43,544 nt of DNA from a virus. Taxonomy: Duplodnaviria > Caudoviricetes. Within the stretch, counting starts at the first letter, position 1. Every line of letters begins with the position of its first letter. Below the pieces are notes generated by a model. The model worked only from the letters and a program-made list of their open reading frames with translations, made no database searches and was not told the DNA's origin. Below, piece after piece: positions 23,147-31,460 of the stretch. A program made the translations under genes and the position numbers. The DNA lies in the IMG/VR virus record IMGVR_UViG_3300033406_000015, positions 1-43,544 of that record. One strand, given 5' to 3'.

Positions 23147-24519
23147 GTTCCCCCGCTGTTGACTCCATCACCGATGCTGTTGCCGCCATGCGAGAGCGGG
23201 CCGCAGTGTGCCGGACCCTCTACGGCGGCACCATCGCCATGCGGGCCGCAGGTAAGGCCTACCTTCCCCAGTGGCCCCAGGAAACCGACGATGCATGGAG
23301 GGCCCGCAAGGACTGCACCTCCCTGTTCCCCGCCTTCAAGAAGGCTATCGGGGTCATGGTGGGTAAGCCCCTCGGCTCCGAAATCGGCGTGGGTGACGAT
23401 GTTCCCAACACCATCGAGGCCACCTTCTCCAACATAGACCGCCAGGGCAGGGACCTGGATGCCTTCGCCCGGGATGTCGCCCTCTCCTGCCTCAGGGATG
23501 GCATCACCTGGGTTTTGGCCGATTACCCCCGCGTCCCCAAAGGCGCAACCCTCGCCACTGAGCGGGCCCTGGGGGCACGCCCCTACCTGATCCACATCCC
23601 CCTGGGCAACGTCCTAGGGTGGCAACGCGACAAGGCGGGGAATCTCGTCCAATTCCGCTACCTGGAGACGGTGGAAATCCCCTACGGGCCATGGGCGACC
23701 CAGACCCTTGAGCGGGTTCGCGTGTGGTCCCCGGGCCGGGTGGAGGTCTACGAGAAGACCGAAACAACCGCTTGGACACTGGTGGACGAGGCTGAAACCT
23801 CCCTGAAGGAAATCCCCGTGGTGGCCGTCTATGGCCAGCGCGAAGGGCTCTGGAGCGCCACGCCCCCCCTTGAGGACTTGGCGTGGAAGAATATCCAGCA
23901 TTGGCAGAGTGAGAGCGATCAGCGGAATATCCTCCATGTCGCCCGGGTGCCGTTCCTGGCTGGGGACGAGGATGCCCGCAGTGATCCCAACGCCCCTGTC
24001 ACCATCGGCACCGGTGGGATGCTTGTGGGAATCAAGGGTCTACGGTTCGTGGAGCATTCTGGGGCAGCCATCGGGGCAGGGCGGCAGGATCTCATTGACC
24101 TCGAAGACCAGATGCAGCGCATCGCCGGGGAACTCCTCTCCCGCGTGGTGCAGAAGACCGCGACCGAATCCGACCGAGAAGGCAACGAAGGTGAGTCCTG
24201 GCTCCGTGCCTGGGCCCGAACCTTCGAGGATGCCCTGGAGGAATGTCTCCGCATGATGGGGCTCTGGATTGGCGAGGCGCAGGGCGGAACCCTCTCGCTC
24301 GATTTCGACTGGAACGACACCACCCTTGCCGCCGACATGATCACGGCCCTGACCAATGCCCGGACTTCTGGCAACCTCTCCCGCGAAGCCTACCTGACCA
24401 AGATGCAGGAGGGCGGCGTTCTGCCTGTGGGGCGCACCATTCAGCAGGAAATGGACGCTCAGGATGTGGAGGGGCCGCAGGGCTTTGGCAATGTTGACCC
24501 GCTGGGCAAATCCGCATGA
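23143..24519 (+). CDS. portal protein (DUF4055 type)
   Basis: GGTIAMRAAGKAYLPQWPQE, RPYLIHI...VLGW, PPLEDLA..NI.HWQ..SD...LH.ARVP. Confidence 0.9.
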   Translation: MSSPAVDSITDAVAAMRERAAVCRTLYGGTIAMRAAGKAYLPQWPQETDDAWRARKDCTSLFPAFKKAIGVMVGKPLGSEIGVGDDVPNTIEATFSNIDRQGRDLDAFARDVALSCLRDGITWVLADYPRVPKGATLATERALGARPYLIHIPLGNVLGWQRDKAGNLVQFRYLETVEIPYGPWATQTLERVRVWSPGRVEVYEKTETTAWTLVDEAETSLKEIPVVAVYGQREGLWSATPPLEDLAWKNIQHWQSESDQRNILHVARVPFLAGDEDARSDPNAPVTIGTGGMLVGIKGLRFVEHSGAAIGAGRQDLIDLEDQMQRIAGELLSRVVQKTATESDREGNEGESWLRAWARTFEDALEECLRMMGLWIGEAQGGTLSLDFDWNDTTLAADMITALTNARTSGNLSREAYLTKMQEGGVLPVGRTIQQEMDAQDVEGPQGFGNVDPLGKSA

Positions 24520-25607
24520 CCCCCCCCATCCCCAACCGCATCCAGTCTGCCCTCATCAAAGAGGGTCTGAACCTCGCCCGGTACGAGGCTGGGCTGCGGC
24601 GTGATGTCCTGAAGCTCCTGGCAGACCTCGGGGATGAACTTGGCGCAAGCCTATCTGGCGCAGGGCTCGATACCCCGCGCACGGACTGGCAGCGGGCGCG
24701 GCTTCAGAAGCTGTTGGCGACCGTAGAGCGCAAGGTGTCCGAGGTCTATGGGCAGATTGAGGGCCTGACCACCACTGAGCTTTCGGGTTTGGTGGAGGTG
24801 TCCGCGGATCGCATCGTCACCGCCTGCAATGACGCCATCGGGGCCAAACTACTCCAGCCGATCCAATGGACAGAAGAGCAGATCCAGGCCATCGTCAGCG
24901 ACACGCTCATTGAGGGCGCTCCATCTGCAGAGTGGTGGACCCGGCAGAGTGCAGACTTCACCAAGGCCTTCACGGACCAGATGCGCATGGGGATGATGCG
25001 CGGCGAAACGGTTGACCAGCTCCGCAACCGCATCCTACCCGCCGTGGACCTCCGCAAGGTCCAGCCCGGGAGCCGGTCACTCATCCAGACCGCCAGGCGC
25101 AATGCTGAAGCTCTGGTGCGAACCTCTGCGATCACCATCAACAACGCCGCCCACCAGGCCGCCTATGACGCGAACGCCGACATCATGGAGGGCGTGGAGT
25201 GGGTCAGCACCCTGGACACCCGCACATGCCTGTCCTGCGCATCCCTGGATGGGAAGACGTGGGATATGGGCGAGTCGCACCCGATACCCTCTCTCCACTG
25301 GAACTGCCGGTGCTTCCTGGCCCCGAAAACCAAGTCCTGGGAGCAACTGGCGCGTGAGGCGGGCGGGGACACCCGGCTTGCGGCCGAGCTCGACAAAATA
25401 CCGCCCGGGGATCGTGCCTCCATGGGTGGGCCCGTCAGCGGTGGGACCACCTTCGAGCAGTGGTTCAAGGACCAAGACGAGGCCACCCAACGCGAGATCT
25501 TGGGGCCGAAGAAGTGGGAGATCTGGGACCGCTCGGGGCTCACGCTCAACCAGATGGTTAGCGGGGATGGGCGCGAACTGACGCTGGCCCAACTCAAAGC
25601 CAGATAG
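24516..25607 (+). CDS. minor head protein (SPP1 gp7 / Mu F family)
   Basis: EALVRT...WVSTLDTRT...C..LDG...LHWNCRC; follows portal. Confidence 0.88.
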   Translation: MTPPIPNRIQSALIKEGLNLARYEAGLRRDVLKLLADLGDELGASLSGAGLDTPRTDWQRARLQKLLATVERKVSEVYGQIEGLTTTELSGLVEVSADRIVTACNDAIGAKLLQPIQWTEEQIQAIVSDTLIEGAPSAEWWTRQSADFTKAFTDQMRMGMMRGETVDQLRNRILPAVDLRKVQPGSRSLIQTARRNAEALVRTSAITINNAAHQAAYDANADIMEGVEWVSTLDTRTCLSCASLDGKTWDMGESHPIPSLHWNCRCFLAPKTKSWEQLAREAGGDTRLAAELDKIPPGDRASMGGPVSGGTTFEQWFKDQDEATQREILGPKKWEIWDRSGLTLNQMVSGDGRELTLAQLKAR

Positions 25608-25642
25608 TGACACCCGGAAGTCACACCCCCAGCCGGACTCTG
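25606..25642 (+). promoter_or_regulatory. putative late promoter/activator site 2
   Basis: AGTGACACCCGGAAGTCACAC (GTGAC-N8-GTCAC dyad), then GACTCT at the same spacing as site 1. Confidence 0.55.
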
Positions 25643-25700
25643 AGGCCAGACAGGCGTGAGGCCTGTTCCCGCTGCGATAGCGGACCCCTCGGAGATCCAG

Positions 25701-26372
25701 ATGTCCCTCAAAACCCTCGAAGGCCTGCCGGATGAAGTCGCCAAGCTCTACAAGCAGGGCGAAGACGGCGAATACCACCTCATCGAAGCCCCTGATGGGC
25801 TTAAGTCTGCGCTCCAGAAAGAGCGTGAGCGAGCCAACGCCGCCGAGAAGGCGCTGAAGGATCGCGAGAAGACCGAAGCGGAAGCCCTGGCCCGGAAGGA
25901 ACGCGAGGACCTGGAGAAGAAGGGGGAATACGAGAAGCTGAGCGCCGCCGACAAGGCTGCACTCAAGGCCGCAGAGGAACGGGCGCAGGCGCTTGACGCC
26001 AAGCTCCGGAGTGGGGCCATCGAGCGCGCTGCGCTTGAGGCGGTCACCTCCGTAAAGGGCATCCCCAAGGCCCTCCTTCCTCACATTCTGCCCAACCTTG
26101 AGGCCGTCCCTGATGGGGATGGATTCGCCGTCAAGGTGAAGGGTGACCCCGCCAAGAAGATCACCGATTTCGTGTCCTCGCTCAAGGCTGAGATGGCCTG
26201 GGGCTTTGAGGGCTCCGGCGCTTCCGGCAGTGGGGCTGGCCAGCCTGGGCAGGGCGGTGGCGGGACGAATGCCCGCTACGCCGAGCTGATGGCCAAAGAG
26301 AACCGAACCAACGCCGAGGGCCTGGAGATGATCCGCCTCGGACACGAAATCCAGAACGCAACCAAACCCTGA
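25701..26372 (+). CDS. head scaffolding protein
   Basis: GLKSALQKER coiled coil and ASGSGA linker; precedes the capsid gene. Confidence 0.8.
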   Translation: MSLKTLEGLPDEVAKLYKQGEDGEYHLIEAPDGLKSALQKERERANAAEKALKDREKTEAEALARKEREDLEKKGEYEKLSAADKAALKAAEERAQALDAKLRSGAIERAALEAVTSVKGIPKALLPHILPNLEAVPDGDGFAVKVKGDPAKKITDFVSSLKAEMAWGFEGSGASGSGAGQPGQGGGGTNARYAELMAKENRTNAEGLEMIRLGHEIQNATKP

Positions 26373-26385
26373 AAGGACTTAGGCC

Positions 26386-27570
26386 ATGGCCTTCAACGTC
26401 GGTCAAGTATCGGACTTCAGCGATTCCAACAGCGTCCTTAGCCCCGTGATGGCGGCCCTCGCCAAGTCCATCACGCTCCCCCGCTTCAAGGGCGCCCTCT
26501 ACCAGGCCATGGGTAACCCCCTGGTCCCCATCAAGACCAAGCAGTACGACGTCTACAGCCGCTCCAAGAGCACCCGCAACGGCATCATCGGGACCGCTGG
26601 CGGCTCCGACTGGGGCAGCACGTCTGCTACCACCTCTCTCCCCATCGCCGCCGCCTACAATGCTGGCCTGACCGTGGGCCACGTGCTCAAGATCGACAGC
26701 GAAATCATGGTGGTCAAGAGCGTGAACCGTTCCGCCAACACGGTGGACGTCTTCGCTCGTGGCGCGGCTGGCACCACCGCTGCGACCCACGCCACCGGCG
26801 CCAGCTTCTCCGTGATCGGGTTCGCGGGCCGGGATGTGGATCTCAAGAGCGCTGAGTCCTTCAGCGAGAACACCCTGAAATGCCCCAACTACGTCCAGAC
26901 AGTCTTCGAACTCCTGGACTGGACCAAGGGTGCGGAGCTGGAGCGCCAGGGGCTCAGCACTGCCAACGTCATCGCCATCCTCCAGCAGGAGGCCACCATC
27001 CGTGTGGCTGAAACCCTGTCCAACATGGCCATCAACGGCGTGAAGCAGGCTGGATCCGCCTCTATCCCCTACATGTCCAGCGGCCTCCTGGCCAGCCTGG
27101 AAGACACCAACGGCAGCACCCGCCCTGTCCAGCGCTACAACGCCTCCAGCGCCGCCCTGGATGAAACCAAGCTCTGTGCCGCCCTGGATCAGGTCTTCGC
27201 CCTGGGCGCTCCTGACACCATCGTGACCGGGCTCTATAACGCCAACAAGTTCAAGACCTTCACGGGCGCCGGCAAGGATGTCACCATCGCCACGGATCGC
27301 ATGGACACTGGCGCGGGCCGGTTCATCGACCACTACGACTACAACGGGGCTCGGCTCAATCTCCTGATCGACGCCGACATGCCCAACGACAAGGTGGCCA
27401 TCGTCACCATGGGCAGCCTCAAGAAGGGCTGGTTGGATGGCGACATCCTGACCACCAAGGAAGAGCCCACCCTCAGCACCCGTGAGAAGCGCGAATCCAT
27501 CCAGGGTTCTGTGGGCTTCATCGTCGAGAACGTGGGTTACGACCACCTGGAAATCTACGGCCTGATCTAG
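26386..27570 (+). CDS. major capsid protein (DUF5309/SU10-like) with inserted beta domain
   Basis: Position after scaffold, highly biased codons, NYVQTVFE motif, terminator downstream. Confidence 0.82.
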   Translation: MAFNVGQVSDFSDSNSVLSPVMAALAKSITLPRFKGALYQAMGNPLVPIKTKQYDVYSRSKSTRNGIIGTAGGSDWGSTSATTSLPIAAAYNAGLTVGHVLKIDSEIMVVKSVNRSANTVDVFARGAAGTTAATHATGASFSVIGFAGRDVDLKSAESFSENTLKCPNYVQTVFELLDWTKGAELERQGLSTANVIAILQQEATIRVAETLSNMAINGVKQAGSASIPYMSSGLLASLEDTNGSTRPVQRYNASSAALDETKLCAALDQVFALGAPDTIVTGLYNANKFKTFTGAGKDVTIATDRMDTGAGRFIDHYDYNGARLNLLIDADMPNDKVAIVTMGSLKKGWLDGDILTTKEEPTLSTREKRESIQGSVGFIVENVGYDHLEIYGLI

Positions 27571-27577
27571 GCCATGC

Positions 27578-27612
27578 GCCGGGGTGGGCTTCGGTCTGCC
27601 CCGGCACTCTTT
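27578..27612 (+). terminator. hairpin/terminator after the capsid gene
   Basis: GCCGGGGTGGGC-TTCG-GTCTGCCCCGGC followed by ACTCTTT. Confidence 0.65.
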
Positions 27613-27621
27613 GGAGACCCC

Positions 27622-27918
27622 ATGCAGATCCCCGCGCTTGTGTTTCCCGATGGTGGTTGGTGCGAGGCCCTGGGCACGTCCTACCGCCCCGGCCCCTACC
27701 AGCCCCGCACGGCTGACGAATACAAGGCCCTGGCCCCCTTCGCCATCGACGCCCCCGAGTTGGAAGAGGACGGCGTGTCCATCCCCTCGTCTGCGCTGAG
27801 GGATAAGGCGAGCCTCTGTGCCTGGGCCAAGGAAACCCACGGCCTGGACATCAGCCCTGATGCCGGGACCAAGGACGAACTGAAGGCCCAGATCCTCGCA
27901 GCCATTGAGGCCCGGTAG
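27622..27918 (+). CDS. hypothetical virion-region protein
   Basis: GGAG SD; C-terminal LCAWAKE.HG.DI....TKDELKAQI helical motif. Confidence 0.7.
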   Translation: MQIPALVFPDGGWCEALGTSYRPGPYQPRTADEYKALAPFAIDAPELEEDGVSIPSSALRDKASLCAWAKETHGLDISPDAGTKDELKAQILAAIEAR

Positions 27919-27920
27919 CC

Positions 27921-28376
27921 ATGACGCTCACGGTCGGCACTGACACCTACGCCTCCCTTGCGGAAGCCGAAGCCTACATGGCCACGCTGACGTTCAAGGA
28001 TGCGTGGGGCAGTGCTGACCCCGCCAAGGAGGCCGCACTCAAGCAGGCCGCCCGACTTCTCGACACCCTGAACTGGAAGGGCACCCGCGCCACCCAGGCC
28101 CAGTCCATGGCTTGGCCTCGTGTGGATGTGGTGGACCGTGACGGCTACGAAGTCGAGGGCATCCCCGCCGCCCTCAAAAATGCCCAAGCCGAGTTCGCCC
28201 TTCGCCTGATGGCGGAAGACCGCACCGCTGACGCTGGCGCACTGGCCCCCCAGGCGATGACCATTGGAAGCCTCCAGATTTCCGACCTGCGCCGCTCCGT
28301 GTTCCCGCCTTCCGTGCTGGAACTGGCCCGCGACTTCCTCCGGGCTTCTGGAGGGGTTTTGGTGGTGCGCGGATGA
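27921..28376 (+). CDS. head-tail adaptor (DnaT-like ssDNA-binding domain family)
   Basis: YASLAEAEAY...W...KEAALKQA...WKG...Q.MAWPR...IP..LKNAQAE.A. Confidence 0.8.
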   Translation: MTLTVGTDTYASLAEAEAYMATLTFKDAWGSADPAKEAALKQAARLLDTLNWKGTRATQAQSMAWPRVDVVDRDGYEVEGIPAALKNAQAEFALRLMAEDRTADAGALAPQAMTIGSLQISDLRRSVFPPSVLELARDFLRASGGVLVVRG

Positions 28377-28732
28377 GCCTCGCCACCCTCGCCATTGCCC
28401 AAGCCAAAGCCGCCATGCAGCGTTATGGCTGTGCGGTGGCGCTGTCTCACGTGTCCGTGGGCACCGGGCCAGACTCGACAGGTGACGTGACCACTGCCGC
28501 AAACACTTGGGGACTGCTGGATGCGTCGAGTCTTCAGGGGCTCGGGTTCAAGTTCGGGTCTGATCTTGTACAGGCCGGTGATTGCAAACTCACCATTCCC
28601 GGGGGGCTCGCTTTCGCCCCTGCTCCTGGTGACACCCTTACCGCTGCGGGCAAATCCTGGACGGTCATTTCGGTTCGCCCCCTCTATGTGGGCTCTGCGC
28701 CTGCGACCTATGAACTCCTGGTGCGGTCATGA
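28373..28732 (+). CDS. head closure/stopper protein
   Basis: LVQAGD...PAPGDTL....WTVISV; synteny. Confidence 0.7.
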   Translation: MSLATLAIAQAKAAMQRYGCAVALSHVSVGTGPDSTGDVTTAANTWGLLDASSLQGLGFKFGSDLVQAGDCKLTIPGGLAFAPAPGDTLTAAGKSWTVISVRPLYVGSAPATYELLVRS

Positions 28733-29118
28733 GCTTCGCCGGGGATATCTCCACGTTCGCCAAAGAGACCAACATCAAGTTCGACAAGGTGGTGCGCAAG
28801 GTCACCATCGACATGACGCGGGAACTGGTCATCGCCACCCCCGTGGACACCGGGCTTGCGCGCTCCTCGTGGTTCTTTGGCCTGACGCGCCCCACGAACG
28901 TGGGGGAATCCGCCTCCAAGAATGGTGCCCCCTCCATCTCGAGGTGCCTGGAGTTCACAGCCAACCTCAAGGCGGGCGGGGTCCACTTCATCGCCAATAA
29001 CCTGCCCTACATCATGGCCCTGGAGTTCGGATCCTCGACCCAGGCCCCCAATGGCATGGCCCGGAAGACCGTCGAGAAGTGGCAGGAGATCGTCAACCGT
29101 GTGGCGGGTGCGCTGTGA
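28729..29118 (+). CDS. HK97 gp10-like tail completion protein
   Basis: TPVDTGLARSSW, NNLPYI..LEFGSSTQAP.GM. Confidence 0.85.
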   Translation: MSFAGDISTFAKETNIKFDKVVRKVTIDMTRELVIATPVDTGLARSSWFFGLTRPTNVGESASKNGAPSISRCLEFTANLKAGGVHFIANNLPYIMALEFGSSTQAPNGMARKTVEKWQEIVNRVAGAL

Positions 29119-29513
29119 GATACGCCGCCATCCTCGCCCTCCTCAACACGCACCTTCAGACCTTCCCTGGGTGGTCAGACGCGGCTTGCGCATGGCCCAA
29201 CCGTCCCTTCACGCCTACGCCTGGTGTTGGCTGGTGGAAGGTGGATTTCATCCCCTCCACCGTTGAATACGCCCTGGGTGCAAGCGGGGCCATCCACGAG
29301 CGCGGCATCTACCAAGTCACCCGCTACGAGCCCGCCAGCAAGGGCGCAGCGGCAGGGCTGGGTGCCTCTGACTCCATGGCCTCGCACTTCAGCCGACAGG
29401 TCCTGGCCGGATCGGGGCTTTCCGTGGCCTGCGGCATCCCCGAGCTTGGCCCCTGCCTTTCTGAGCCTGACTGGTTCGCGTCTCCCCTGTCCATCCGCTT
29501 CACAGCCCTCTGA
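29115..29513 (+). CDS. tail terminator-like protein
   Basis: AWPNRPF...GIYQV...P...G; synteny before the tube gene. Confidence 0.72.
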   Translation: MRYAAILALLNTHLQTFPGWSDAACAWPNRPFTPTPGVGWWKVDFIPSTVEYALGASGAIHERGIYQVTRYEPASKGAAAGLGASDSMASHFSRQVLAGSGLSVACGIPELGPCLSEPDWFASPLSIRFTAL

Positions 29514-29523
29514 GGTGCCCTAA

Positions 29524-30687
29524 ATGCCTACCTCCATCGGTCAATACACCCAACTGGCCTACATCCTGGAGCCCAATGCCTTCGGGTCCACTCCCGCAAC
29601 GCCTGTGGGCCAGAAGCTCCCCATCATCTCCGGCCTATCCCTGGCCCCTGACGCATCCTACATCGACAACCCCACTTTCCGCACGGATGGCATGGCCGCT
29701 GCCGGAAGGCGTGGGGCGCTGAAGGGTAAGGGCACCATCCCTGGCAAGCTCGCCTATGGCCAATTCGATGACTTCATGGCCGCTGCCCTGGGCAACTTCT
29801 CCTGGCTGTCCAACGTGGTCAAGATCAAGGCCATTGCGGTCATGAGCGCCGCCACGGTCACGGTCGCTTCGGCGGGCAAGACCTTCACCCGTGCCGCTGG
29901 GTCCTTCCTGGCGGATGGCTTCGCGGTGGGCGATGCGGTGCAGTGGTCCGGGTTCACCAATGCCGGGAACAACGTCACCGTTATCATCACGGCCCTGACT
30001 GCCACCGTCATGACCTGCTCGGCTGCGCCCGTTTTGGTGGACGAGGCCAGCTCCACGACCTGCAAGTGCGTCACCAACATCCGGCCCAGCTTCACCATCG
30101 AGCGCGGCGACCTGCTGACCTCCAGCTTCTTCCCCTTCACTGGGATGGTCATCGACTCCATGAAGCTCTCCGGCAAGACCGGGGACGCTGTGGATATCAG
30201 CTTCGACGTGCTGACCAAGGGCGTGAACAACGAGGCTACCGGAACCCTCTTTAGCAGCCTCACCGCTGTCAATACGAACCCCCTCATCACCACCTGGGAG
30301 GGCTCCGTCAAACGGAACACTGTGGCGCAGGCCAACGTGGTGGGCTGGGATCTGACTGTCTCCCGCAACTGCGACACCGCAGAGGTCTGCGGGTCCAGTG
30401 TCCTTTACGACATCCAGCCCCGGCAGCATCGCGTGAAGGGCAGCTTGGAACTCTACTTCGACTCCAACCAGGCCTACTCCGATTACCGCGCTGAAACGGA
30501 TCTGGCGCTTCAGCTGATCCTCGGCTCCGGCTCCGCGAAGAGCTACCAGATCGACCTCACCAAGTGCCGCTACACCAACTGGAAGGGCGACCCCAAGGAT
30601 GGCATGGGCACCGTGACCGTCGATGTCGAGTCCTACGCGCCCGATTCCGGCACCAACACCGCTTTCATGTTGACCCGCATTCCTTAA
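29524..30687 (+). CDS. tail tube (major tail) protein with inserted beta domain
   Basis: LAYILE...FG.TPATP; PSFTIE...FTGM; VKGSLELYF. Confidence 0.85.
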   Translation: MPTSIGQYTQLAYILEPNAFGSTPATPVGQKLPIISGLSLAPDASYIDNPTFRTDGMAAAGRRGALKGKGTIPGKLAYGQFDDFMAAALGNFSWLSNVVKIKAIAVMSAATVTVASAGKTFTRAAGSFLADGFAVGDAVQWSGFTNAGNNVTVIITALTATVMTCSAAPVLVDEASSTTCKCVTNIRPSFTIERGDLLTSSFFPFTGMVIDSMKLSGKTGDAVDISFDVLTKGVNNEATGTLFSSLTAVNTNPLITTWEGSVKRNTVAQANVVGWDLTVSRNCDTAEVCGSSVLYDIQPRQHRVKGSLELYFDSNQAYSDYRAETDLALQLILGSGSAKSYQIDLTKCRYTNWKGDPKDGMGTVTVDVESYAPDSGTNTAFMLTRIP

Positions 30688-30696
30688 GGAGCCTTT

Positions 30697-31059
30697 GTGG
30701 ACCTCTCGAAAATTAAAGCAGTCGACTCCGTGCGCGTCGAGATCCAGCACCCCGCTTGCGAAGGTGTTGTGGTCGTCATCGCGGGCATCACCCATGCCGC
30801 CACCAAAAAGGCCGACCAGAAGCGGGCCGATGCCCTGCTGAAGGCCAAGAAGGGACTCAAGGCCGAAGACCGCGAAAAGCTCATGATCGACTACATGTCC
30901 GCCCGGGTCCTGGCCTGGGAGGGAGTGCAGTGGGAAGGTGCCGACCTCGAATGCACCCCCGAGAACGTCGCGATGGTCCTCTCTGTCCCCGATCTGGCGT
31001 TCCTCCGCGACGAAATCCTCATCGCCATGGGGGATGACGAGGCTTTTTTCAAGGCCTAG
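30697..31059 (+). CDS. tail assembly chaperone (gpG-like)
   Basis: Between tube and tape measure; ends in slippery T-TTT-TTC. Confidence 0.8.
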   Translation: MDLSKIKAVDSVRVEIQHPACEGVVVVIAGITHAATKKADQKRADALLKAKKGLKAEDREKLMIDYMSARVLAWEGVQWEGADLECTPENVAMVLSVPDLAFLRDEILIAMGDDEAFFKA

Positions 31060-31460
31060 AGGAGGAGTGTTTCGATGGTGCGCGCCACCTCTTCAAGCTC
31101 GCCAAGCCCGACAAGTCCGGGGTCACGCTTGCACAGAAGGGGGCGCACCTCGAAGCCCAGGGCATCCACCCCAGGTTCATGGACGGCCCGGATCTGCCGG
31201 AGTGCTGCTCTCACCTGTGGGCCTGGTTCATGGACGCCCACCAGGCCAGGCAGTCCGGAATGTCCACGCTCCCCCTCTCGTGGTCAGACCTTCACGCGTT
31301 CCTCTCCCTGCACGAGATCCGGCTGAGGCCTTGGGAGATCCGGTGTTTACGAGCTTTTGACCGCGCCTACTTAACCGCTTTCGCACAGGAGGACACCAAC
31401 GATGACGGACCTGGCGAGGCTGGTTCTAGCGGTGGACAGCACAGAGGTGAAGAGCGCTGA
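31044..31460 (+). CDS. gpT-like -1 frameshift extension of the tail chaperone
   Basis: -1 frame is open from 31044 through PDLPECCSHLWAWF...LSWSDL..F...PWE...LRAFD. Confidence 0.75.
   Translation, partial: FFQGLEEECFDGARHLFKLAKPDKSGVTLAQKGAHLEAQGIHPRFMDGPDLPECCSHLWAWFMDAHQARQSGMSTLPLSWSDLHAFLSLHEIRLRPWEIRCLRAFDRAYLTAFAQEDTNDDGPGEAGSSGGQHRGEER

Noticed and set aside
20979-29520. 16-bp repeat GCCCTCTGAGGTGCCC at 20979-20994 and 29505-29520
   Set aside because: Only two copies, both comprising a stop plus SD; plausible by chance in a GC-rich 43-kb sequence
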